Source: Shigella phage CT01. Taken from it: a DNA stretch of 64,000 nt. The DNA lies in the sequence record OK018184, one strand, 5' to 3'. The number at the start of each line of letters is the position of its first letter. Position 1 is the first letter of the stretch. The position numbers and the translations under genes were made by a program. The notes under the pieces are model-generated. The model was not told where the DNA came from. It saw nothing but the letters and a program-made list of their open reading frames with translations, and did no database searches. Positions 48,907 to 59,921 of the stretch are shown here, piece by piece.

Positions 48907-49656
48907 ATGGCAAACATTATTCGTTGTAAATTACCAGATGGTGTTCATCGTTTTAAACCATTTACGGTAGAAGATTATCGAGATTTTTTGTTAGTTCGAA
49001 ACGATATAGAACATCGGTCACCACAAGAACAAAAAGAAATAATTGCTGATTTAATTGCTGATTATTTTGGAGACTATCCGAAGACTTGGCAACCATTTAT
49101 ATTTTTGCAGGTATTTGTAGGGTCAATAGGTAAAACTAAAGTACCGGTCACATTTGTATGTCCAAAATGTAAAAAAGAAAAGACAGTTCCATTTGAAATA
49201 TATCAAAAAGAATTAAAGGAACCTGTTTTTGATGTAGCTAATGTTAAAATTAAATTAAAGTTTCCTTCTGAGTTTTATGAAAATAAAGCAAAGATGATTA
49301 CTGAAAATATTCATTCTGTTCAAGTAGATGAAACATGGTATGATTGGAAGGAAATTAGTGAATCAAGCCAAATAGAACTTGTTGATGCCATCGAGATAGA
49401 AACATTAGAAAAAATTCTCGATGCAATGAATCCTATTAATTTAACGCTACATATGTCCTGCTGTGATAAGTATGTAAAAAAATACACTGATATAGTAGAT
49501 GTGTTTAAGCTATTAGTTAACCCAGATGAGATATTTACTTTTTATCAAATTAATCACACACTCGTAAAAAGTAATTATAGCTTAAATTCAATAATGAAAA
49601 TGATTCCTGCTGAGCGCGGATTCGTATTAAAACTGATTGAGAAGGATAAACAATAA
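48907..49656 (+). CDS. 51: baseplate hub assembly catalyst gp51
   Basis: 249 aa, T4 gp51 size and position. Confidence 0.75.
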   Translation: MANIIRCKLPDGVHRFKPFTVEDYRDFLLVRNDIEHRSPQEQKEIIADLIADYFGDYPKTWQPFIFLQVFVGSIGKTKVPVTFVCPKCKKEKTVPFEIYQKELKEPVFDVANVKIKLKFPSEFYENKAKMITENIHSVQVDETWYDWKEISESSQIELVDAIEIETLEKILDAMNPINLTLHMSCCDKYVKKYTDIVDVFKLLVNPDEIFTFYQINHTLVKSNYSLNSIMKMIPAERGFVLKLIEKDKQ

Positions 49657-50831
49657 TGAGTATGTTGCAACGCCCTGGATATCCAAATCTCAGCGTTAAA
49701 TTATTTGATAGCTACGACGCTTGGAGTAATAATAGATTTGTTGAATTAGCTGCTACTATTACCACATTAACTATGCGGGATTCTCTTTATGGCCGAAATG
49801 AAGGAATGCTGCAGTTTTATGATTCTAAAAACATCCATACAAAAATGGATGGAAATGAAATAATTCAGATTTCTGTAGCTAATGCAAACGATATTAATAA
49901 TGTTAAAACAAGAATTTATGGATGTAAGCATTTTTCTGTGTCAGTAGATTCAAAGGGTGATAACATCATTGCTATTGAATTGGGAACTATTCATTCTATA
50001 GAAAATCTTAAATTTGGCAGACCGTTTTTCCCTGATGCAGGTGAATCTATAAAGGAAATGCTTGGCGTCATTTATCAAGACCGCACATTATTAACTCCAG
50101 CAATAAATGCTATAAATGCTTATGTTCCTGATATTCCGTGGACTAGTACATTTGAAAACTATTTGTCATATGTCAGAGAAGTTGCTCTAGCTGTAGGAAG
50201 TGACAAATTTGTATTTGTATGGCAAGACATCATGGGAGTTAACATGATGGACTATGATATGATGATAAATCAAGAACCGTATCCAATGATTGTCGGTGAG
50301 CCATCTTTAATAGGTCAATTCATCCAAGAATTAAAATATCCATTGGCATATGATTTCGTTTGGTTGACTAAATCGAATCCTCACAAACGTGACCCAATGA
50401 AAAACGCTACTATCTATGCTCATTCATTTTTAGATTCTTCATTGCCAATGATTACTACAGGAAAGGGCGAAAACTCTATTGTAGTGTCAAGGTCAGGTGC
50501 TTATTCTGAAATGACTTATAGGAATGGATATGAAGAAGCTATTCGTCTTCAAACTATGGCGCAATACGATGGCTATGCTAAATGTTCTACTGTCGGTAAT
50601 TTTAACTTGACACCTGGCGTTAAAATTATTTTTAATGATAGTAAAAACCAATTTAAAACAGAATTTTACGTTGATGAAGTCATCCATGAATTATCCAATA
50701 ATAATTCAGTAACTCATCTATATATGTTCACTAATGCAACGAAACTGGAAACAATAGACCCAGTTAAGGTTAAAAATGAATTTAAATCTGATACTACCAC
50801 TGAAGAAAGTAGTTCTTCCAATAAGCAATAA
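49656..50831 (+). CDS. 27: baseplate hub protein gp27
   Basis: 391 aa, T4 gp27 size and position. Confidence 0.8.
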   Translation: MSMLQRPGYPNLSVKLFDSYDAWSNNRFVELAATITTLTMRDSLYGRNEGMLQFYDSKNIHTKMDGNEIIQISVANANDINNVKTRIYGCKHFSVSVDSKGDNIIAIELGTIHSIENLKFGRPFFPDAGESIKEMLGVIYQDRTLLTPAINAINAYVPDIPWTSTFENYLSYVREVALAVGSDKFVFVWQDIMGVNMMDYDMMINQEPYPMIVGEPSLIGQFIQELKYPLAYDFVWLTKSNPHKRDPMKNATIYAHSFLDSSLPMITTGKGENSIVVSRSGAYSEMTYRNGYEEAIRLQTMAQYDGYAKCSTVGNFNLTPGVKIIFNDSKNQFKTEFYVDEVIHELSNNNSVTHLYMFTNATKLETIDPVKVKNEFKSDTTTEESSSSNKQ

Positions 50832-51309
50832 AGAAGTTTCTATTCCTAAAATGGGTCTTAAACATTATAACATTTTAAAAGATGTTAAAGGTCCTGATGA
50901 AAATTTAAAACTTCTTATTGATTCTATTTGTCCGAATTTATCACCGGCAGAAGTTGATTTCGTTTCTATTCATTTATTGGAATTTAATGGAAAGATTAAA
51001 TCTCGTAAAGAAATAGATGGTTATACTTATGACATTAATGATGTTTATGTATGCCAAAGATTGGAATTTCAATACCAAGGAAATACATTTTATTTTAGAC
51101 CGCCTGGAAAATTTGAACAATTTTTAACTGTGAGCGATATGTTATCCAAATGCTTGCTTAAGGTCAATGATGAAGTTAAAGAAATTAATTTTCTTGAGAT
51201 GCCAGCATTCGTTTTAAAATGGGCAAATGATATTTTTACAACTTTAGCAATTCCTGGCCCTAATGGTCCAATAACCGGAATTGGCAATATTATTGGATTA
51301 TTTGAATGA
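50776..51309 (+). CDS. 28: baseplate hub distal subunit gp28
   Basis: 177 aa; overlaps the gp27 3' end. Confidence 0.7.
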   Translation: MNLNLILPLKKVVLPISNKEVSIPKMGLKHYNILKDVKGPDENLKLLIDSICPNLSPAEVDFVSIHLLEFNGKIKSRKEIDGYTYDINDVYVCQRLEFQYQGNTFYFRPPGKFEQFLTVSDMLSKCLLKVNDEVKEINFLEMPAFVLKWANDIFTTLAIPGPNGPITGIGNIIGLFE

Positions 51310-53078
51310 AAAAGCCACAAGAAATGCAAACGATGCGTAGAAAAGTTATTTCAGATAATAAACCAACACAGGAAGCGGCTAAATCCGCTTCCAACACTTT
51401 ATCTGGACTTAATGATATATCTACGAAATTGGATGATGCTCAAGCTGCTTCTGAATTAATTGCTCAAACTGTCGAAGAAAAATCGAATGAAATAGTTGGA
51501 GCAATTGATAATGTAGAAAGCGCAGTGAGTGATACTACTGCTGGTTCTGAGTTAATTGCTGAAACTGTCGAAATTGGCAACAATATTAATAAAGAAATCG
51601 GTGAATCACTCGGGAGCAAATTAGATAAATTAACAAGTTTACTAGAGCAAAAAATTCAGACAGCCGGAATTCAACAAACAGGAACTAGTTTAGCTACGGT
51701 TGAAAGCGCTATTCCTGTTAAAGTTGTTGAGGACGATACAGCTGAATCTGTGGGTCCTTTATTACCGGCTCCTGAAGCAGTTAATAATGATCCTGATGCT
51801 GATTTTTTCCCTACCCCTCAGCCAGTTGAACCCAAACAAGAATCGCCAGAAGAAAAACAGAAAAAAGACGCATTTAACTTAAAATTATCTCAAGCTTTAG
51901 ATAAATTAACAAAGACTGTTGATTTTGGATTTAAGAAATCCATTTCAATTACTGATAAAATATCAAGCATGTTATTTAAGTACACCGTTAGTGCTGCTAT
52001 TGAAGCTGCTAAAATGACTGCAATGATATTGGCTGTTGTTGTTGGAATAGACCTGTTGATGGTTCATTTTAAATATTGGTCAGATAAATTTTCACAGGCT
52101 TGGGATTTGTTTAGTACAGACTTTACTAAATTCTCTAGCGAAACCGGAACATGGGGTCCTTTATTACAGAGCATCTTTAGTTCTATTGATGAAATTAAAA
52201 AATTCTGGGAAGCGGGAGATTGGGGCGGTTTGACTGTAGCTATTGTAGAAGGGCTTGGAAAGGTTCTTTATAATTTAGGAGAACTTATTCAGCTTGGAAT
52301 GGCTAAATTATCTGCGGCAATTCTTCGAGTTATTCCTGGTATGAAGGATACCGCTGATGAAGTGGAAGGAAGAGCGCTAGAAAATTTCCAAAATTCTACT
52401 GGAGCATCTCTCAATAAAGAAGACCAGGAAAAAGTTGCAAATTATCAAGATAAACGAATGAATGGAGACCTTGGTCCGATAGCAAAAGGATTAGATAAAA
52501 TTGCTAATTGGAAAACTCGTGCATCTAACTGGATTCGTGGCGTTGATAATAAAGAAGCACTAACTACCGACGAAGAACGTGCAGCAGAAGAAGAAAAATT
52601 AAAGCAACTTTCACCTGAAGAAAGAAAAAATGCTTTAATGAAGGCTAATGAAGCGCGCGCCGCGATGATTCGCTTTGAAAAATATGCTGATTCAGCTGAT
52701 ATGAGTAAAGACTCAACAGTTAAATCAGTTGAAGCTGCCTATGAAGACCTCAAAAAACGGATGGATGACCCAGATTTAAATAATTCACCGGCAGTTAAAA
52801 AAGAACTTGCTGCTAGATTTTCTAAAATTGATGCTACTTATCAAGAGCTCAAGAAAAATCAGCCTAATGCCAAACCTGAAACTTCTGCTAAATCGCCAGA
52901 AGCAAAACAAGTCCAGGTAATAGAAAAGAACAAAGCACAGCAAGCTCCTGTTCAACAAGCATCTCCTTCAATCAATAATACTAATAATGTTATTAAGAAA
53001 AATACTGTCGTTCATAATATGACACCTGTTACGAGTACAACTGCTCCCGGTGTATTTGACGCGACAGGAGTTAATTAA
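51306..53078 (+). CDS. 29: tail tape measure / baseplate hub protein gp29
   Basis: 590 aa; helical N-terminal half, hydrophobic segment, charged C-terminal half. Confidence 0.75.
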   Translation: MKKPQEMQTMRRKVISDNKPTQEAAKSASNTLSGLNDISTKLDDAQAASELIAQTVEEKSNEIVGAIDNVESAVSDTTAGSELIAETVEIGNNINKEIGESLGSKLDKLTSLLEQKIQTAGIQQTGTSLATVESAIPVKVVEDDTAESVGPLLPAPEAVNNDPDADFFPTPQPVEPKQESPEEKQKKDAFNLKLSQALDKLTKTVDFGFKKSISITDKISSMLFKYTVSAAIEAAKMTAMILAVVVGIDLLMVHFKYWSDKFSQAWDLFSTDFTKFSSETGTWGPLLQSIFSSIDEIKKFWEAGDWGGLTVAIVEGLGKVLYNLGELIQLGMAKLSAAILRVIPGMKDTADEVEGRALENFQNSTGASLNKEDQEKVANYQDKRMNGDLGPIAKGLDKIANWKTRASNWIRGVDNKEALTTDEERAAEEEKLKQLSPEERKNALMKANEARAAMIRFEKYADSADMSKDSTVKSVEAAYEDLKKRMDDPDLNNSPAVKKELAARFSKIDATYQELKKNQPNAKPETSAKSPEAKQVQVIEKNKAQQAPVQQASPSINNTNNVIKKNTVVHNMTPVTSTTAPGVFDATGVN

Positions 53079-53086
53079 GGAATAAT

Positions 53087-54181
53087 ATGGCAATTGTTAA
53101 AGAAATAACTGCTGATTTAATTAAAAAGTCCGGTGAGAAAATTTCAGCCGGACAGAGTACTAAATCAGAAGTAGCAACTAAAACATACACTGCCCAGTTT
53201 CCAACTGGGCGTGCTAGTGGTAATGACACTACAGGAGACTTCCAGGTAACAGATCTATATAAGAATGGATTATTATTTACTGCATACAATATGTCATCTA
53301 GGGATTCTGGAAGTCTTAGATCGATGAGATCTAACTACTCTTCTTCATCTTCGAGTATTTTACGTACAGCCAGAAACACTATCAGTAATACAGTATCAAA
53401 ACTGTCAAATGGATTAATATCAGATAATAATTCAGGAACAATAAGTAAAGCTCCTGTCGCAAACATTCTTTTACCGAGATCTAAATCTGACGTTGATACA
53501 TCATCACATAGATTTAATGATGTTCAAGAAAGTCTTATCAGTAGAGGCGGAGGAACTGCTACTGGTGTGCTAAGTAATATTGCTTCAACTGCAGTATTTG
53601 GGGCACTGGAAAGTATAACACAAGGTATAATGGCTGATAATAATGAACAGATTTATACGACAGCCAGAAGTATGTATGGTGGCGCTGAAAATAGAACTAA
53701 AGTGTTTACATGGGATTTGACTCCACGTTCCACAGAAGATTTAATGGCTATTATTAATATCTATCAATATTTTAACTATTTTTCTTATGGTGAAACTGGC
53801 AAATCTCAATATGCTGCTGAAATAAAGGGGTATTTAGATGATTGGTATCGTTCTACGTTAATTGAACCTTTATCTCCGGAAGACGCAGCTAAAAATAAAA
53901 CACTATTTGAGAAAATGACATCGAGTTTAACTAACGTTCTAGTAGTTTCAAACCCGACAATTTGGATGGTGAAAAACTTTGGTGCAACATCTAAGTTTGA
54001 TGGAAAAACTGAAATATTTGGTCCATGCCAAATACAGAGCATCAGATTTGATAAAACACCTAATGGTAACTTTAACGGATTAGCTATTGCTCCAAACCTC
54101 CCTAGTACATTTACTCTCGAGATTACTATGAGAGAAATTATCACGTTAAACCGTGCTTCTTTATATGCGGGGACTTTTTAA
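53087..54181 (+). CDS. 48: baseplate tail-tube junction protein gp48
   Basis: 364 aa, T4 gp48 size and position. Confidence 0.75.
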   Translation: MAIVKEITADLIKKSGEKISAGQSTKSEVATKTYTAQFPTGRASGNDTTGDFQVTDLYKNGLLFTAYNMSSRDSGSLRSMRSNYSSSSSSILRTARNTISNTVSKLSNGLISDNNSGTISKAPVANILLPRSKSDVDTSSHRFNDVQESLISRGGGTATGVLSNIASTAVFGALESITQGIMADNNEQIYTTARSMYGGAENRTKVFTWDLTPRSTEDLMAIINIYQYFNYFSYGETGKSQYAAEIKGYLDDWYRSTLIEPLSPEDAAKNKTLFEKMTSSLTNVLVVSNPTIWMVKNFGATSKFDGKTEIFGPCQIQSIRFDKTPNGNFNGLAIAPNLPSTFTLEITMREIITLNRASLYAGTF

Positions 54182-55146
54182 TGTATTCTTTAGAGGAATT
54201 TAATAATCAAGCAATAAACGCAGATTTCCAACGTAATAATATGTTTAGCTGCGTTTTTGCGACAACTCCATCAACTAAAAGCTCTTCGTTGATAAGTTCA
54301 ATTAGCAACTTTTCCTATAATAACTTGGGCCTAAATTCAGATTGGTTAGGATTGACTCAAGGCGATATTAATCAGGGAATTACTACGCTAATTACTGCTG
54401 GCACACAAAAACTGATAAGAAAATCAGGGGTTAGTAAATATCTTATTGGTGCCATGAGTCAACGTACAGTTCAAAGTTTATTAGGCTCATTTACAGTTGG
54501 TACATATTTAATTGACTTCTTTAACATGGCATATAACTCATCTGGATTGATGATATACTCCGTAAAAATGCCAGAGAATAGATTATCCTATGAAACTGAC
54601 TGGAACTATAATTCTCCTAATATTCGCATAACCGGAAGAGAATTAGACCCTTTGGTTATTTCATTTAGAATGGATTCAGAGTCGTGTAATTATCGTGCAA
54701 TGCAAGACTGGGTTAACGCTGTTCAAGACCCAGTAACTGGACTGCGTGCTTTGCCACAAGATGTCGAGGCAGACATTCAGGTTAATCTTCATGCTCGTAA
54801 TGGATTACCTCATACTGCTGTGATGTTCACTGGATGCATTCCAGTGTCAGTGAGCGCTCCTGAGTTATCATACGATGGAGATAACCAAATAACTACATTT
54901 GATGTTACTTTTGCGTATAGAGTCATGCAGGCTGGAGCGGTTGATAGACAAGCTGCGCTTGAGTGGCTTGAATCTGCTGCTATAAATGGCATTCAAAGCG
55001 TTCTCGGAAATAGCGGAGGTGTTACTGGACTATCTAATTCGCTTTCACGACTTAGTAGATTAGGAGGAACTGCAGGAAGCATTTCAAACATTAATACTAT
55101 GACAGGAATTGTCAATTCGCAAAGTAAAATATTAGGAGCAATATAA
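54181..55146 (+). CDS. 54: baseplate tail-tube initiator gp54
   Basis: 321 aa, T4 gp54 size and position. Confidence 0.75.
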   Translation: MYSLEEFNNQAINADFQRNNMFSCVFATTPSTKSSSLISSISNFSYNNLGLNSDWLGLTQGDINQGITTLITAGTQKLIRKSGVSKYLIGAMSQRTVQSLLGSFTVGTYLIDFFNMAYNSSGLMIYSVKMPENRLSYETDWNYNSPNIRITGRELDPLVISFRMDSESCNYRAMQDWVNAVQDPVTGLRALPQDVEADIQVNLHARNGLPHTAVMFTGCIPVSVSAPELSYDGDNQITTFDVTFAYRVMQAGAVDRQAALEWLESAAINGIQSVLGNSGGVTGLSNSLSRLSRLGGTAGSISNINTMTGIVNSQSKILGAI

Positions 55147-55150
55147 CAAT

Positions 55151-55177
55151 GGGGACCGAAAGGTCCCCATATTTTTA
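55151..55177. terminator. bidirectional hairpin terminator after gene 54
   Basis: ggggaccgaaaggtcccc followed by a T-rich tract, between convergent genes. Confidence 0.55.
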
Positions 55178-55465
55178 TTTACGGAATGAAATAAAAGCAG
55201 CAACTGAAGCAACTAAACTGTCTTCAATATAAACTTCAATTTTTACCGGAGCTTCTGACTCAAATTTACCTGTTACTACACCTTGGAAAATGCTTTCAGT
55301 CTGTTCTGGCTTTGAAAAATTTTCAGAAGGAAAAATTCCGAACTTTTTATCTGTTCCAAAAATTTTGATAAATTCATCGTAAACTGCTTCATTAAAAGCG
55401 TTATCAGCAGGAATAACGCCTTCAACTACGAGTTCTTGACCTAAAAAGCGTAAAGAAGATTTCAT
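55175..55465 (-). CDS. hypothetical protein downstream of alt
   Basis: 96 aa ORF between gene 54 and the alt pair. Confidence 0.45.
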   Translation of the reverse strand: MKSSLRFLGQELVVEGVIPADNAFNEAVYDEFIKIFGTDKKFGIFPSENFSKPEQTESIFQGVVTGKFESEAPVKIEVYIEDSLVASVAAFISFRK

Positions 55466-55525
55466 TTTGTGTTCCTCATGTTATGTCAGTAAAATTATTA
55501 TAACACAACACGAGGGACTTGTAAA

Positions 55526-57583
55526 CTACATTTTGAACTTTTTAGACATTTCGTTGATGTTAACCAAAGAAGCCAAGATTTGAGAAACTTCGTTTTCCTC
55601 TTCTTTTGATTCTTCTACAAGGAATTGATTAAATCCAGCCATTGGACGAACTTCACCAGTTTCCATCAGGTGGTCGCCATCATATACCGATTCTTCTAAT
55701 TGTTCAGAAGGAGGAACGATTGTGCCTTCGATTAGATACTTGTTATAAGCAGTTTCTTTCATCATGTACGTACTCACTTTATTAATCTTCAGTAAAATTC
55801 CACGTGGTAAAATAACTTCAGCTTCTGATGGAAATCCTGATAAATGACCCGGAACGATAACTTTGATTCGCTCAGCTCCTTTAATTACCATACCCACGCT
55901 AGTTTCAGCATCTTCATTCGCATAAGCAGAGTGACTGCCCATATGCATTAAATCTTCAGCATCAACTGAACCTTCTCCTTCACCAGAAAATACTGCACCA
56001 GAATCATCTAGAGCCATATAGTTTTTACCATACTCACCGAAGATATTTGGTTTAAGCGATGTGGATACGAAGTTCTTGAAATAGAACATTTTATTTTCAA
56101 TATTATGACGTAAAGTTTTAAAGGTAACTTCTTGTCCACGGTAAAGTGTAGTTCCTGGAGGAAGAACTGATCCTTTGGCAAAGGCAGAATCCATTGTCTC
56201 GATGTGTTTAATAGCTCGTTCCATGTATTCTTCACGTGTAGAATCTGGTTTACCTAAAAGGAACGAGTTCATTTCAACATATGAATCTGCACAATAATCT
56301 TCAATTACATCAGACTCAGCCTGAGTTAATCCTTTTGGAGTTACTTCAGTACTTGCATATTCATACGCTTGAGAAGCAGACTCATTAATCAATTTATAAA
56401 TGCCATTCATGACAAATTGAATAATAGCTACCTTTTCATCTGGCGTGGCTTTAGAACCTTTAACTAAATCATTGACAATTTTCTTAATAACATCAAAACT
56501 ATTAGAAATATTAATGTCAGCAAGATCGCTTAAAATTTTATCGGTTTTATAATCAAAAAATTCTTTATTCTTTAAATATTCTTGAGAACCTTGATATGTT
56601 ATATCGCTCTGTAACTTGATAGATGGATCACGTAAACGTGCATGAGCCAATGCAATATGATTTCGGAAGCTTTCTAGTTCATAATCACTAGATTTAAAAC
56701 GAGAAGCACTTCTCATACCACCGATAGCTCCTTTGCTGAAGTTTGAACCAACCTGAATAACGCCGGAGTTCATTGGTCCTTCTGCTTTATATACCGGAAC
56801 TTTAGATTCAAACTCTTGATATTTCTTAGCAGCGAAGCTATCACCCTGAAGTGAAGCATCGACAGTAGAGTATTGAGCTTGTGCTGCTAATCGACGACTA
56901 ATTTTAGTTTTCTGAATAACAGCTTGATCCGTGCGCTTATCATTTTCTAAAGCAATAGAAGCAGCAACAGCAACAGCTTTAGGAACAGCATTGCCTGTTT
57001 TAACATCTACATAAACATCACCAACCTTTGATTCAACTTTTGTGAATAACTCAGTTGAAATAGGAGGTACACCTGGAATGTCTTCTAAATTGGCATTTTT
57101 ACGGTAAACCATAATATATGCATATTTCTTATCATAGTCCCAGATTTCTTTTAAAAGAACATATCGACCTGCTCCTTTAGTACGTACTAAACGGTCGGCA
57201 ATAACCTGCATTTGACGAGCTGCGCCATTTGTTTTACTTTTTAGTACGCGGAATAAGCATGCGTCAATTTTATACTGTTTCATTGTTTGAAGAGCAGTAT
57301 CAAAAACGGCATTAATGACACCAATTGGATTTCCACCCAAGTTTTTAAGTTTAACTAATGATAGTTTCTCATTAACACCTATCATTACGATATGCATCAT
57401 TTTATCGCCTGGCTTAACATTTTTATTTGTATCACCACCAGAGGTGTATGTACAAAATCTAAATCCAGGAAGCACACTTTCTTCGCCTGCTTGAATAGCA
57501 AAAATTTGAGGTATTTTATGCTTCGGATTTAAGTTAACAACCGGCGCTTCGGCGCCGTCAAATAATTCTGTAATAAGTTCCAT
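55526..57583 (-). CDS. alt: Alt-type ADP-ribosyltransferase, paralog A
   Basis: 685 aa; N-terminal MELITELFD… with I-x-E site; C-terminal R (TLYRGQ), STS (FVSTSL) and E-x-E (SEAEVILPRG) motifs. Confidence 0.8.
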   Translation of the reverse strand: MELITELFDGAEAPVVNLNPKHKIPQIFAIQAGEESVLPGFRFCTYTSGGDTNKNVKPGDKMMHIVMIGVNEKLSLVKLKNLGGNPIGVINAVFDTALQTMKQYKIDACLFRVLKSKTNGAARQMQVIADRLVRTKGAGRYVLLKEIWDYDKKYAYIMVYRKNANLEDIPGVPPISTELFTKVESKVGDVYVDVKTGNAVPKAVAVAASIALENDKRTDQAVIQKTKISRRLAAQAQYSTVDASLQGDSFAAKKYQEFESKVPVYKAEGPMNSGVIQVGSNFSKGAIGGMRSASRFKSSDYELESFRNHIALAHARLRDPSIKLQSDITYQGSQEYLKNKEFFDYKTDKILSDLADINISNSFDVIKKIVNDLVKGSKATPDEKVAIIQFVMNGIYKLINESASQAYEYASTEVTPKGLTQAESDVIEDYCADSYVEMNSFLLGKPDSTREEYMERAIKHIETMDSAFAKGSVLPPGTTLYRGQEVTFKTLRHNIENKMFYFKNFVSTSLKPNIFGEYGKNYMALDDSGAVFSGEGEGSVDAEDLMHMGSHSAYANEDAETSVGMVIKGAERIKVIVPGHLSGFPSEAEVILPRGILLKINKVSTYMMKETAYNKYLIEGTIVPPSEQLEESVYDGDHLMETGEVRPMAGFNQFLVEESKEEENEVSQILASLVNINEMSKKFKM

Positions 57584-57586
57584 GAT

Positions 57587-59683
57587 TTATCCTTGAACGA
57601 ACTTGTAAGGCATGTTTGTAATATCTATGCAAGACGCAATAATTCCAAGAGATGATTCTACTTTCTGTTTAACGTTTGATGAAACAAATGATGCAAAGTC
57701 AACTCTGTCTTCTACTTCAATATCACCTGTCATTGCAACTACTTCGCCGGTTTCCATTAGACGGTCACCGTCATAAATGACTGATTCGGTGAGTTCTTCC
57801 GTAGTCATAACTTCAGCTTGAATGAGTTTTGTATTATTAGATGTTGTTCCGTCATTATTAGAAGCATCAGTTATTTTATTAACTTTGACCATCAATCCGC
57901 GCGGTAGAATAACTTCAGCTTCAGTTGCTATTCCGAGACTTCCTGGATATACAACATTAACTTTATGAGCTCCATCAATTGCCCATCCTATTTGAACTTT
58001 AACGTATTCAGGATTTTCTTTATACGCTCTTATTTCGTTTGGATTAATAGTTATTCCTTCTTCATTTTTATCAACTGTTAATTCATTACGAGCTTCTGGT
58101 TCTAAAAGACCGATACCAGCATGTGTAATTCCAAAACGTCCAAAAATGATAGGAGTTAAAGAAGTAGATACAAAATTTCTGAAATAGAACACTTTATTTT
58201 TAACTAGCGCTTCGTATATAGGAGCAGTCATACTTTGAGCACGATAAACTGTAATGCCTTCTGGTATACGGTCACCATTTTCAAAAGCTGAATCTAAATT
58301 ATTTATCGCAGATTCAATTTCTTTTTCACTCATTACATCATATCGTTCTGGATTGTAGCGGCCTAAAAGAAGATTATTGATGTCAGTATATCCTGATCCA
58401 CAATACTCTCTAATGCCGCGCTTTTGCGATGGAGTATATTTAGAACCATCACGTGCAATGGTAATATCAATCATTGGACCTGCACCAATTCCAGAAAAAC
58501 TATAAATCATTCGTTTGAGGAATTTAGTTTTTGCTGCGTTCCAGGAATTTTTAGTTATTTCTTCCCAGACTTCATCTGGCTGCCCTTTACGAGTTTTATT
58601 ATGTTTATCAAGCCAATTATCTTTATATTCTTCAAAGAATTGATTAACAGCTGCTGCGTATTTCTCTAAACATTTTATTGAAGTAGTTGGTTCATTTTTA
58701 ATCGCATTAAGAATTACATCTTTAATTTTTTCAGAAACTTCATTAACCTCACTTTTTGAAAAGAATTTATAGTCATAGTGAAGTTCATCTGCGGTTCCTT
58801 CGGCAATAATTTTTGCTGCCTTAGTTTTAGAAGCTAATGAATTAATTCCAAGCTTCATTTCTTCTGCTTCTGGAATTAAAGGAGCAGTAGCAGGTTTATT
58901 AAAATTAGCTGCGGTAGATTCATACTTCTGAAATAATTCACTTTCAAATCTAGAAGATTCTAATGATTGACTTTGTGCAATTGCTCTACGGGAAATTTTA
59001 ACTTTAACTATTACAGCTTGGTCAGAACGTTTATCATTTTCTTGCGCAATAGATGCTGCAATTGCTTCATTTTTAGTTACTTGAGCTCCAGTATCTTTAT
59101 TGATATAAACATCGCCGACCTTCGATTCAACTTTAGTAAAGAGCTCGGTACTAATTTCCGGAACTCCTGGAATGTCTTCTAGTGATACATTTTTGCGATG
59201 TATAAGAATATATGCATACTTTTTATCATAATCCCAGAGTTCCTTAAGAAGGACGTATCTGCCACCTGAACGACTACGGATAAGTCTATCAGCAATAAGT
59301 TGAATTTGTCGAGCTTGACCAGCAGTTTTAGACTTAAGAATACGAAGCATGCAGGCATCAATTTTATACTGACGCATCGTCTGCATTGCAACAGTAAAAA
59401 CTGAATTGATATAATTAATTGGGCTTGGACCGAGACCTTTCAATTTAGCAATTGAACCTTTAGCAGTTAATGTAAAAGGAACAATGTGCATCATTTTATC
59501 GCCCATCTTTAGATCACGGTTAGTATCACCTCCAGATGTATAGGTACATAAACGAAAGCCTGGTTGTTCAATTGCGTCATCAACATGAACTGAAAAAATT
59601 TGCGGTATTTTCTTCTTTGGATTTAAGTTTGTAATCGGAAGAGTAGTATCTTCGTCAAATAATTCTGTAATGAGTTCCATCAT
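57587..59683 (-). CDS. alt: Alt-type ADP-ribosyltransferase, paralog B
   Basis: 698 aa; same N-terminal ~230 aa family, diverged middle, C-terminal TVYRAQ / FVSTSL / TEAEVILPRG; 3-bp gap to paralog A. Confidence 0.8.
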   Translation of the reverse strand: MMELITELFDEDTTLPITNLNPKKKIPQIFSVHVDDAIEQPGFRLCTYTSGGDTNRDLKMGDKMMHIVPFTLTAKGSIAKLKGLGPSPINYINSVFTVAMQTMRQYKIDACMLRILKSKTAGQARQIQLIADRLIRSRSGGRYVLLKELWDYDKKYAYILIHRKNVSLEDIPGVPEISTELFTKVESKVGDVYINKDTGAQVTKNEAIAASIAQENDKRSDQAVIVKVKISRRAIAQSQSLESSRFESELFQKYESTAANFNKPATAPLIPEAEEMKLGINSLASKTKAAKIIAEGTADELHYDYKFFSKSEVNEVSEKIKDVILNAIKNEPTTSIKCLEKYAAAVNQFFEEYKDNWLDKHNKTRKGQPDEVWEEITKNSWNAAKTKFLKRMIYSFSGIGAGPMIDITIARDGSKYTPSQKRGIREYCGSGYTDINNLLLGRYNPERYDVMSEKEIESAINNLDSAFENGDRIPEGITVYRAQSMTAPIYEALVKNKVFYFRNFVSTSLTPIIFGRFGITHAGIGLLEPEARNELTVDKNEEGITINPNEIRAYKENPEYVKVQIGWAIDGAHKVNVVYPGSLGIATEAEVILPRGLMVKVNKITDASNNDGTTSNNTKLIQAEVMTTEELTESVIYDGDRLMETGEVVAMTGDIEVEDRVDFASFVSSNVKQKVESSLGIIASCIDITNMPYKFVQG

Positions 59684-59703
59684 ATCCTCTCTAGTGTTTA
59701 TTC

Positions 59704-59711
59704 TATTTATA
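59704..59711 (-). promoter_or_regulatory. late promoter TATAAATA (minus strand) upstream of alt paralog B
   Basis: plus-strand TATTTATA about 20 bp upstream of the alt-B start. Confidence 0.5.
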
Positions 59712-59716
59712 AAATT

Positions 59717-59734
59717 AAAGGCCCGAAGGCCTTT
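59717..59734. terminator. hairpin aaaggcccgaaggccttt
   Basis: perfect GC-rich hairpin between the 62-aa ORF and the alt promoter. Confidence 0.4.
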
Positions 59735-59921
59735 AATAATCTAATGGTAAGAGAGTACGATATATTTCAAACTTTGGCCCTTTTTCATAGGCATCAAATG
59801 TTTCTGTAAATTTATTATAAGCATATGCATCTACAAATTCGAGAATGACTTGTGATACAGAAGTAGAAACATCTCCACCTTCTTTTTGAGCTATAACAAT
59901 TGTTTCTAAGTAAGCTTTCAT
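59733..59921 (-). CDS. small hypothetical protein
   Basis: 62 aa ORF; start overlaps the ligase stop. Confidence 0.4.
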   Translation of the reverse strand: MKAYLETIVIAQKEGGDVSTSVSQVILEFVDAYAYNKFTETFDAYEKGPKFEIYRTLLPLDY

